From: Candidatus Angelobacter sp.
GTDB taxonomy: Bacteria; Acidobacteriota; Terriglobia; Terriglobales; Acidobacteriaceae
Length of the DNA stretch: 48,579 nt
Reading direction: 5' to 3'
Assembly: GCA_036270475.1 (NCBI GenBank)
Contig: DATBCN010000055.1
Coordinates: forward strand, 1-48,579
Shown here in pieces: positions 24,761 through 32,798 of this stretch. Below the pieces are notes generated by a model. That model was not told the origin of the DNA, ran no database searches, and saw only the letters and a list, made by a program, of their open reading frames with translations. Position numbers and translations under genes: made by a program. The first letter of the stretch is position 1. Each line of letters starts with the position of its first letter.

Positions 24761-25996
24761 ATGGGAGGAACTTTGTTTACCGTAAACGAACTGGCTTGCT
24801 CGCTTCTCGACCGCCATGGCCTCACGCCCCAATTGGTGCCACGGCTGGGCGCGGAAGCTTACGGGAAACCTGCCATCACCAAACGGCGTGAATGGATTGA
24901 AAACAAAACCGGGGGAAACCTTACACATGTCGGGTCTTACTCCGTTCCCAGCGAGCAGATGCGCGGCAACATTGAAAATCCGATTGGCGCAGTCCAAGTT
25001 CCTCTTGGAATTGCCGGCCCCCTGGCTATTCGAGGCGCCTATGCCCAGGGCATCTTTTATGTTCCCATGGCCACCACTGAAGGCGCTCTCGTCCGTTCAT
25101 ATGAACGCGGCATGGTTACGCTTACCCGGGCGGGCGGCGCCATCACGCGTGTTTACCAGGATGAAAACCGCGTATCGCCGGTTTTTCTTTTTAGCGGCGT
25201 GGCCTCTGCCCATGATTTTGCCAATCAGATAACTCAAGAGTTCAACCGAATCAAAGAAGAGGCTGAGTCGACCACGGCCCATGGAAAATTGCTCCGTCTG
25301 GATTGTGATCCCATCGGAAAAGAAGTGATAGTTACTTTCTGCTATTCCACGGCGGACGCTCACGGCATGAACATGATCGTTAAGGCCACTGAAAGGGCCT
25401 GCTGCTGGATCCTGAAAAATATGCATGCGCAGGATTTCTATTTATTCAGTGGACTGAGCTCTGAAAAAAGAGGCAGTGGGGCATTACTAAGTGGAGGAAA
25501 AGGCAAGAAAGTAATCGCGGGAGCAACGCTCTCTGCTGACTTGTTAAAAAACTATCTGCATACCACACCGGCACAGTTAGTGGACCTTTGGCACCATACC
25601 GTACTGGGGCATTTGCAAGGGAACGCAATAGGATACAACGCTCATTATGCAAATGGATTAGCGGCCATATTCATCGCCTGCGGACAAGACGTGGCCAATA
25701 TCCTGAACTCAGCGGTGGGAATAACCAATTTTGAATTGATGGATGATGGGCAAGCCTATGTAAGCGTAACACTGCCATCATTGACGGTTGGGACCGTAGG
25801 CGGTGGCACGGGCTCTGGCACAAGCTACGAATGTTTGCGAATGTTGGGGGCTGCGGGTAACGGTGGTGCGCTGAAGTTGGCGGAAATTGTGGCTGCCACG
25901 CTGCTTGCTGGAGAGATATCCATGGCTGCGGCAATTGGCAGCCATGAATTCACGCAGGCCCACGATAAATACGGACGTAATAAACCCGAGCCTTAA
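24761..25996 (+). CDS. Class I HMG-CoA reductase homologue (catalytic domain only, soluble)
   Basis: ATG 24761 has AAGGA 7 nt upstream. The ORF track extends it to 24698. Motifs are ENPIGAVQVPLGIAGPL, MATTEGALVRS, DAHGMNM and LTVGTVGGGTG. It starts 5 nt after the KS-beta stop. Confidence 0.85.
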   Translation: MGGTLFTVNELACSLLDRHGLTPQLVPRLGAEAYGKPAITKRREWIENKTGGNLTHVGSYSVPSEQMRGNIENPIGAVQVPLGIAGPLAIRGAYAQGIFYVPMATTEGALVRSYERGMVTLTRAGGAITRVYQDENRVSPVFLFSGVASAHDFANQITQEFNRIKEEAESTTAHGKLLRLDCDPIGKEVIVTFCYSTADAHGMNMIVKATERACCWILKNMHAQDFYLFSGLSSEKRGSGALLSGGKGKKVIAGATLSADLLKNYLHTTPAQLVDLWHHTVLGHLQGNAIGYNAHYANGLAAIFIACGQDVANILNSAVGITNFELMDDGQAYVSVTLPSLTVGTVGGGTGSGTSYECLRMLGAAGNGGALKLAEIVAATLLAGEISMAAAIGSHEFTQAHDKYGRNKPEP

Positions 25997-26071
25997 GTCT
26001 CGGCGAATTTCGCCTGCAATCTTATTTTCTGATCTCCTAGTTACATAGACTCACTCCAAAGGCAGAAATCT

Positions 26072-27109
26072 ATGTCACCTAATTCAGAGTTAGAGCCGAT
26101 CATCGCCAGCGGATACTCTGAAGGTCGCGCGCGATTTGGCGATTTAGGCTTGGATCCTGAGGTGTTCGCTAAACGCATTGAGGCCATCATCCAAAAACAT
26201 CTGGGGGCCAACCCACCCATGGAAGCATCTGTCAGCTTTGCGAAGAGCTTACACAGCCGAGATTTGTATCTGGCCACGGCATGCGCTCAACACAGCCTTT
26301 ATCCCGCTACAGATCCCGCGACTGGTGTTCCTTCAGAGCATGCCGGGCGGGCCTGGAAAATGCTGGAGTCAACGTATAGAGGATTTATCCGTGATCTTGC
26401 CCGCTATTTCTTTCGCAAAGGTTTTATTTCCCAGGATCTTGCTGACAACATTCTCGCTGATCTTTTTCTTCCTGATCGTTCCGGGACCAGCCGCATTGTG
26501 TCCTATGATGGCCGGAGCTCGTTAAGCACCTGGCTGAGAGTGGTGATTTCAAACCGTGCGATCAATGCCAAGCGTTGTAGCGCAACAATGCAAACTGTTG
26601 AAATCCTGGCGGACATACCGGATGAGCCTGCTCTGGAAAGAATTGACTCCGGTTTGAGGACGAAACGGTATCAGGAACCACTCAAGGATTCTTTGACATT
26701 GGCATGTCGGCGTTTGACTCTGCGTGAACGCCTGATCTTGCTTTGGCGATATGAAGATGGTTTGCAATTAGGGCAAATAGCGCGTTTATTGGACATTCAT
26801 CAGTCGAATGTAACCCGGCAGCTTGACCGGCTGCAAGGTAAGCTTCGTGAACATGTCATTGAGATCCTGTCGACGCGCCACGGGCTCAGTCTCGATGCGA
26901 TTGAAGAATGCTTGAAAGATATTGTAGAGAATCCGCAAACAGTGGCTATTCTGGAGTTCATCAAAGGTAAACAAGGCCCTTCACAGGCATTGCAGGCAAC
27001 GCTGCCTGTTCCGGGCGCAAGGCAGGGCAATACTTTTGCGGCAAAGCCACCGGAATCAGATCCCGGACGGGCCGAGTGCAACAATGGGCGATGGGGAAAA
27101 TATAAGTAG
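26072..27109 (+). CDS. Sigma-70 family (ECF-like) RNA polymerase sigma factor with N- and C-terminal extensions
   Basis: 345 aa. Region 4 is LTLRERLILLWRYEDGLQLGQIARLLDIHQSNVTRQLDRLQGKLRE. The region 2-like segment is STWLRVVISNRAINAKR. Confidence 0.7.
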   Translation: MSPNSELEPIIASGYSEGRARFGDLGLDPEVFAKRIEAIIQKHLGANPPMEASVSFAKSLHSRDLYLATACAQHSLYPATDPATGVPSEHAGRAWKMLESTYRGFIRDLARYFFRKGFISQDLADNILADLFLPDRSGTSRIVSYDGRSSLSTWLRVVISNRAINAKRCSATMQTVEILADIPDEPALERIDSGLRTKRYQEPLKDSLTLACRRLTLRERLILLWRYEDGLQLGQIARLLDIHQSNVTRQLDRLQGKLREHVIEILSTRHGLSLDAIEECLKDIVENPQTVAILEFIKGKQGPSQALQATLPVPGARQGNTFAAKPPESDPGRAECNNGRWGKYK

Positions 27110-27507
27110 TTGTGGAATGTCAGAAATACCCGTTTGGAATATATCTGCGTCCGGTGAATACAGCGGACCACCTATACAGCTACAGGTGGCGGGTCGTACT
27201 TCTTCCGCATTGCATAAAAAACATTCATCGCGTTAGCCAAAGTCAATATGGGCACGTATCCCTATATGGCCCAAAACGGAACGCAAGTATTATAAAAGCC
27301 AAAGCGGCAACCAAAAAAAACGACACATATCCTCTAAAGATAACAAGCCGTGCTATACTAGTATCATTTTGTATGTGGATTTGTGATTGTGGACTGTGCC
27401 CGAAACTCACAAAGTTCTCCAAATTGTGCCCAAGAGTAGCGCGTCTTGCAAGAATGTATTTCAGGGTAAGTCCCCGCTGGGCCAAACGATGATTTTAATC
27501 TCCCTCA

Positions 27508-27786
27508 ATGTTGCTTCTGGCGGAGAGGTTCGTGTTTCCAATGGAAATATTCTCGGGAATTGCCGGAGATGTTGGACCGAAATCTGGGAAGGCCAGATAT
27601 GTAGAGGCCACTCAAGGTCCGCATTTAAGCGATGAGGATGTTGCAGCGTTTGTTGACAGTAACCTTCTTGCCTGGCAGACAAGGGCGATGCTTTTGCACC
27701 TTACGCACTGTCCAAGATGTAGAAAGATCCTTAGCGAAGTTGTACTAAGTCAATCTGCTGTTCATAACCCAGATCCCCAGAAGTAG
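27508..27786 (+). CDS. Short soluble anti-sigma factor candidate (zf-HC2 / ZAS motif)
   Basis: 92 aa, or 81 aa from ATG 27541. LSDEDVAAFVDSNLLAWQTRAMLLHLTHCPRCRKIL matches the anti-sigma N-terminal domain with H-x3-C-x2-C. There is no TM segment. Confidence 0.5.
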   Translation: MLLLAERFVFPMEIFSGIAGDVGPKSGKARYVEATQGPHLSDEDVAAFVDSNLLAWQTRAMLLHLTHCPRCRKILSEVVLSQSAVHNPDPQK

Positions 27787-27934
27787 TTTTATTTTGTCCC
27801 GCCTGAGAATCATCTGAGCAAATCCCATTTACCCAACTGTCTAAGTGCAATGTAGCTACTTTTCCGTTCCGGTGTGGGGATTGCTCTCAGCGTTTGTGTT
27901 GGCGATCTTCTGAACCAGCAGGAGTGATTGTCCC

Positions 27935-29482
27935 GTGTCCAGACGTTTCCGCGGGTTGCGTGAAGACCCAGAAAGACGGTACGACTGTGTCATCATCGGG
28001 GCCGGAGTTGGCGGACTGCTAACCGCCAATCTCCTGGGCCGTTCTGGGCTGAAAGTCCTTTTGGTTGAGCAGCACTTCATGGTGGGCGGCTATTGCAGCA
28101 CATTCCGGCGAGGTGGATATACCTTTGATGCGGCTACCCATTTTTATCCTCTGCTAGGTAACCCAGCCACCATGACCGGTGCTTTATTGGCCGAGTTGGA
28201 TGTTACAACAGAATGGGTCAAGATGGACCCGGTGGATTCATTCCACTTCCCAGATGGCTCACGCTTCACGGTACCGGCCAAGTTTGACATCTATCTGGCA
28301 AGGCTCAAAGAGGAATTCCCTGAAGAGTCCGCGAACATCGACCGCTTTTTTACGCTCGTCCGAAAAACATACCTTTTGGGACTCATGCACTATTTCCGGC
28401 AGGTAGACACAAAGCGGATTGCCCCCTACCAGCATCTTACGATCCGCGATGTGCTGAATAAATATTTCCGCAGTGAAAAACTTAAGCTGGTGCTTACCGG
28501 TGACATCGGCCATTGGGGATCACCGCCATCCAAAACTTCTTTTGTTTTTGATTCCATGCTGCGTCTAGCCTATTTTTTGGGCAACTATTATCCCCGCGGT
28601 GGATCGCAAGTGTTTGTCGATGAGTTAGCACAGCGCTTTGAAGAAGCGGGTGGCCACATTCTGATGAACTCAACGGTAAAGCGGATACTCGTCCGCAATA
28701 ACACCGCGGTTGGGGTTGAAATCGAGACGGGAAGCGCTCGCAAACGGCTCTTAAAGCAGGTGATGGCAGGCATAGTCATTTCCAATGCTGATCTTCGGTT
28801 GACGTTGGAAGGGATGATCGGTGCGGAGTTTATTGATCCTGTCTACTTGGCCACGGTCCGCGAGATGCGCCCTACCCATGCCTGTTTTCTCACCCATTTA
28901 GGACTGAAAAATATCTCCCTTGATGAATTACGAAGAGCTGAAGGATATCACTGGAGTTCTTGGGATTCGGAAAATGTTGCAACACATGCATTCAAGGTGT
29001 TTCTACCGACCGGGTACGATCCCAGCCTCGCCCCGCCTGGTGGCCAGATCATCATTGTGCAGAAACTTACAGAGATTGACTATGGCTCCATGCAGGATTG
29101 GGCGATGCACAAGGCCGGGGTGGAAGCTTACATTATGTCTTCTTTGGAGAAATGTTTGCCGGGGATCGGAGGCAAGGTCGCCGTCAGATTGAGTGCCACT
29201 GCTCAAACATCCCATCGCTACACGCTGAATCACCATGGCGCCATGCTGGGATGGGCGATGTCTCCTGATCAATTGGGTGAGAAGAGGCCAGATATACAAA
29301 GCCCTTTCCGCAATTTGTATTTCATTGGGCACTGGACGAGACCTGGCGGCGGAATTACACCGGTGATGATTTCCGCGATGCAAGCAGTCAAGTTAATTCT
29401 TGGCGGCGAACCACAAGCCGGCCTTCCGATTGAAGTGGATCACTTGGCGCCAGAAACAAAAGAGGTTTTGCCGAGATTGTGA
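27935..29482 (+). CDS. FAD-dependent oxidoreductase, phytoene desaturase (CrtI)-like family
   Basis: 515 aa. The dinucleotide fold is YDCVIIGAGVGGLLTANLLGRSGLKVLLVEQHFMVGG. The C-terminal FIGHWTRPGGGI is typical of the CrtI/amine-oxidase family. The GTG start has AGGAG 10 nt upstream. Confidence 0.8.
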   Translation: MSRRFRGLREDPERRYDCVIIGAGVGGLLTANLLGRSGLKVLLVEQHFMVGGYCSTFRRGGYTFDAATHFYPLLGNPATMTGALLAELDVTTEWVKMDPVDSFHFPDGSRFTVPAKFDIYLARLKEEFPEESANIDRFFTLVRKTYLLGLMHYFRQVDTKRIAPYQHLTIRDVLNKYFRSEKLKLVLTGDIGHWGSPPSKTSFVFDSMLRLAYFLGNYYPRGGSQVFVDELAQRFEEAGGHILMNSTVKRILVRNNTAVGVEIETGSARKRLLKQVMAGIVISNADLRLTLEGMIGAEFIDPVYLATVREMRPTHACFLTHLGLKNISLDELRRAEGYHWSSWDSENVATHAFKVFLPTGYDPSLAPPGGQIIIVQKLTEIDYGSMQDWAMHKAGVEAYIMSSLEKCLPGIGGKVAVRLSATAQTSHRYTLNHHGAMLGWAMSPDQLGEKRPDIQSPFRNLYFIGHWTRPGGGITPVMISAMQAVKLILGGEPQAGLPIEVDHLAPETKEVLPRL

Positions 29483-31150
29483 ATGGCGGAGTTGTTGCAA
29501 AAACCCTTAGCGAGCCTATCTAAAGTGCTGCGGATAACAATACTCAGTACCGAAGGCAATATACCGGCAAGCAGTCTGGCAAAGGAGCTGAAAGCTACCG
29601 ACGAGAGAGCCAGTGTCGTCCTGCTGGAAGATAGCCATTGCGCAATTCAAACAAATCAGTCTGGCAGTTATCTTTATATTCCATCCTTGATAGATGCGGA
29701 TGCGATGGTGCCCGACTTGCGGGAAGCGGAGCGGGTCTTCCGCAATCTGGCGCCAGGGGAAAGCAGAAAAATCATTGTGCTATCCAGTGCGCTGATCTAT
29801 GGAACTGGCGCGGGCCGGCAGGCCCTGGTGGACGAAGATTATAGCCCGCCGCGGCGTAACGAGCAGGTCATTAGTAGCACCTGGGCTGCTTTGGAAAAGC
29901 TGGCATGTCAATATCTAGGCCAACAAAATAAGGTTACAATTCTGCGCCCCGTAACACTGGTACCTTCACAAGCGTGGATAAGCAGGATATTAACAGGCCG
30001 CTTCGCTCCAACTTTGCTTGGCTACGATGCCACCCTGCAGTTGCTCAGTCCCAGTGATTTGGCGGGCGCGGTTCGTTGCGTGCTTCTTCACGATTCTCCC
30101 GGGACTTTCAATGTTGCGCCTGATTGCGCTGTGCCTACGCATGCCGCGATCCGGATTGCTGGAGCCTCGCGTATTTCCTTGCCACGGGCCTTGCGACGGC
30201 TGCACAAACAAGCTGAGGTCCTCGATTATCTGAGATATCCGTGGACGGTCTCCAATCAAAAGATCAAAAGTGTTCTGGGGTTTAAGCCTGCAAAGTCGAG
30301 TCTTGCTGCCCTGCTAGAAGCTTGCCACCGCCGTTGTGATGTTGTGCCGGAGCCGCGCTTTGATGAATTCGGAATGGACCCCGACTACATCAGATTTTAC
30401 GGAAAGACCCTGTTCAAGTTTCTTTCTGACGTTTACTGGCGCATTGAAGAACAAGGTGTGGAACACATACCTGCAAGCGGCCGCGGAGTGATGGTAGGGA
30501 TGCATCGCGGTTTTATGCCTTGGGATGGTGTGATGGCATTGTATCTGCTGGTGCAGAGAATCGGCCGCTTTCCTCGGTTCCTGATTCATCCCGGCCTATT
30601 AAAATTTCCATTTCTTGCGAATTTTATGACCAAGCTTGGCGGTGTCATTGCATGCCAGGCGAGCGCCGACCGCATTCTGGAAAGCGACGAACTGCTAGGC
30701 GTTTTTCCCGAGGGGATAGAAGGAGCATTTACTCCTTACCGTGACGCCTATAAGCTGCAGAGCTTTGGGCGTAACGCCTTCGTTAAAATGGCTCTTTTGC
30801 ACCGGGCGCCAATCATTCCCTTTGTGACAGTAGGCAGCGCAGAAATTTTCCCGATCCTGGGAAAGATTGAATCCAAATTCTGGCAGCGGTATGCCGAGTG
30901 GCCTTTTATTCCGCTCACGCCAACCTTTCCACTCTTACCATTGCCCTTGCCGGCTAAATGGCACACAGTCTTTCTTCCCCCTTTGCATGTAGAAAAAATT
31001 TATGCGCCTGAAGCTGCCCGAGACCGCGCGGTGGTGAAGGCCATCAGCCTTGAGGTGCGTACGCGCATGCAGCAGGCCATTGACGAGATGCTGGGCCGAC
31101 GGCGATCCATATTCTGGGGTTCGGTGTTCAAACCGGAGAGCTGCGCATGA
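29483..31150 (+). CDS. Fusion protein: degenerate extended-SDR (epimerase/dehydratase-like) domain + lysophospholipid/glycerol-phosphate acyltransferase (PlsC-type) domain
   Basis: 555 aa, starting immediately after the previous stop. The N-terminal half has the epimerase fold pattern (VLSSALIYG, FNVAPD, VLGFKP). It lacks GxxGxxG (ILSTEGNIPAS) and YxxxK (STWAALEKL). The C-terminal half carries the acyltransferase blocks GMHRGFMPWD and FPEGIEG. Confidence 0.7.
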   Translation: MAELLQKPLASLSKVLRITILSTEGNIPASSLAKELKATDERASVVLLEDSHCAIQTNQSGSYLYIPSLIDADAMVPDLREAERVFRNLAPGESRKIIVLSSALIYGTGAGRQALVDEDYSPPRRNEQVISSTWAALEKLACQYLGQQNKVTILRPVTLVPSQAWISRILTGRFAPTLLGYDATLQLLSPSDLAGAVRCVLLHDSPGTFNVAPDCAVPTHAAIRIAGASRISLPRALRRLHKQAEVLDYLRYPWTVSNQKIKSVLGFKPAKSSLAALLEACHRRCDVVPEPRFDEFGMDPDYIRFYGKTLFKFLSDVYWRIEEQGVEHIPASGRGVMVGMHRGFMPWDGVMALYLLVQRIGRFPRFLIHPGLLKFPFLANFMTKLGGVIACQASADRILESDELLGVFPEGIEGAFTPYRDAYKLQSFGRNAFVKMALLHRAPIIPFVTVGSAEIFPILGKIESKFWQRYAEWPFIPLTPTFPLLPLPLPAKWHTVFLPPLHVEKIYAPEAARDRAVVKAISLEVRTRMQQAIDEMLGRRRSIFWGSVFKPESCA

Positions 31151-32787
31151 GGGCGATTACGAGTGCGCGCCGATTGGTGCGTATTTTTAGAATCGTAGGC
31201 TGGCATGCGGTCAGCCATGCGTTGCACTCGCCTTTAAGGCATTGGCCAAAGCCGGCAGCAAAGGTCCTTGGTGAAGAAGTGTCTGGACCGGTCAGACTTC
31301 GGCTCGCGATCGAGGAGATTGGCGGAACGTTCATTAAGTTTGGCCAGATGCTTGCGATGCAATCTGATCTGTTGCCATTGGAATATTGCAGGGTCCTGTT
31401 CACATTGTTCGACCAGGTACCGCCATTTAGCTACCAGGAAGTGGAGCGAATGTTTGTAGAGGACTTAGGACAAAAGCCTGCACAGATATTTACCTCCTTT
31501 GATTTAACTCCAATCGCAACTGGTTCCATAGGCCAGGTACATATTGCGATGCTGGGAAAGCAGAAAGTCGCTGTGAAGGTGAGGCGTCCGACAATCGCCC
31601 GTGATTTCGCGGCTGACATTGTGTCGATGAAGATCGTCTCCGGGCTGGTGAAGCTGCTTCGCATCAAATGGCTCTATTGGGTCGTAGCTCCGATTGAGGA
31701 ATTCATTGCCTGGACCCAGGAGGAGCTCGATTTCAGGCGGGAAGCGCACTACATTGATGAATTAGGCCGCAATGCCAGGGACAACCGGTTTGAGAAAGTC
31801 CCAACCGTTTTTTGGAGCTGCACAACGGCGCGAATCCTGACAGCAGAATTTCTGGATGGGAGCACGATCTCTGAGTATTTACGTGATCGCGATTCTGGCA
31901 TAGTCCGTCTGCCGAAAGATTTTAACGCCGAGCTTTTTGCCGGCCGGCTTATTGACAATTTCCTGGGCGATGCTTTTCGCCATGGGATGTTCCACGCGGA
32001 CCTTCATCCTGGCAATTTGATGATCCTGGGGGGAAATGTTGTGGGATATGTCGATTTTGGAATTTCAGGCGTCCTTAGCCGTTATTCGCGTAGGCATTTG
32101 ATCGCGATGACCCTCGCCTATGCACAGGGAAACCTGGATGCCATGTGCGAATCGTTCTTTCGCATTTCCACATTCGCAAGTAATGCTAATCCCGCCGGCT
32201 TTCGGCAGGGAATCGTTGCTGCGTCCGCAGGGTGGTATGGAAGCGGCGCCGGTGAATCGAGGCTGCGTAAAAGCATTACTTCCATCATGCTTGATCTGCT
32301 GATCATTTCCAAAAATAACGGCGTATGGCCGCAGCGGGACGTGATCAAATACATCCGTTCCGCCATTGCCCTGGATGGCTTGATCAAGACTTTTGCTCCG
32401 GGCGTGGACGTAGGCCGCCATCTAGAACAGGCATGCGTACGGCACATCAAGTGGGATTCAGTCAGGAACATCACTTCCTCCAGTGTTGTGATTGGTTCGT
32501 TAGGTGGACTGACTCGTTTGGCCCGCGATGGCTTCCTTCGGGCGTTCGCGATGTTGGGGCAGTACGGTAAAAGACTGCCCAAAGTGCCTTTGCGCCTAAC
32601 CGGTGGTGTTACGAAACGGCGGCTACACGCTGCCCTGCAGTTTGCCTGGATAGTGTTTTGTCTTAGGTTGTCTGCCATGGCGGACAGGAAGGGGTTGGCG
32701 ATCTCTCACATTCATCTAGCCGGCCTGCTGTTGCCGTTCGCCATTTCAATCGTTATGCAGCGGGCGCTCCAACATGTGAGGGCTTAA
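31147..32787 (+). CDS. UbiB/ABC1 (AarF-domain) atypical kinase with C-terminal TM segments
   Basis: 546 aa with an ATGA overlap with the previous gene. Motifs are FIKFGQMLAMQSDLLPLEY, GSIGQVHIA, VAVKVRRP, FHADLHPGN and VDFG. Confidence 0.85.
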   Translation: MRAITSARRLVRIFRIVGWHAVSHALHSPLRHWPKPAAKVLGEEVSGPVRLRLAIEEIGGTFIKFGQMLAMQSDLLPLEYCRVLFTLFDQVPPFSYQEVERMFVEDLGQKPAQIFTSFDLTPIATGSIGQVHIAMLGKQKVAVKVRRPTIARDFAADIVSMKIVSGLVKLLRIKWLYWVVAPIEEFIAWTQEELDFRREAHYIDELGRNARDNRFEKVPTVFWSCTTARILTAEFLDGSTISEYLRDRDSGIVRLPKDFNAELFAGRLIDNFLGDAFRHGMFHADLHPGNLMILGGNVVGYVDFGISGVLSRYSRRHLIAMTLAYAQGNLDAMCESFFRISTFASNANPAGFRQGIVAASAGWYGSGAGESRLRKSITSIMLDLLIISKNNGVWPQRDVIKYIRSAIALDGLIKTFAPGVDVGRHLEQACVRHIKWDSVRNITSSSVVIGSLGGLTRLARDGFLRAFAMLGQYGKRLPKVPLRLTGGVTKRRLHAALQFAWIVFCLRLSAMADRKGLAISHIHLAGLLLPFAISIVMQRALQHVRA

Positions 32788-32798
32788 CCGTAGGCGAA

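Noticed and set aside
24761-25996. Reading the HMG-CoA reductase homologue as evidence for a mevalonate pathway island.
   Set aside because: No HMG-CoA synthase, mevalonate/phosphomevalonate kinase, decarboxylase or IPP isomerase is present in the window. The gene is coupled to KS/CLF/ACP genes instead. A canonical role cannot be excluded without the rest of the genome.
27112-27492. A 126-aa plus-strand ORF that fills the gap between the sigma and anti-sigma genes.
   Set aside because: Its composition (many Cys, Trp, Lys, Arg and low-complexity runs), the local drop in GC and the absence of an SD suggest non-coding DNA. I treated it as a regulatory spacer.
27911-27937. An ECF-type promoter look-alike, TGAACC-N16-CCGTG, just before the CrtI-like gene.
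   Set aside because: The putative -10 element overlaps the GTG start codon (27935), which has a good AGGAG SD. Accepting the promoter would require a leaderless TTG start at 27956. The evidence is insufficient.
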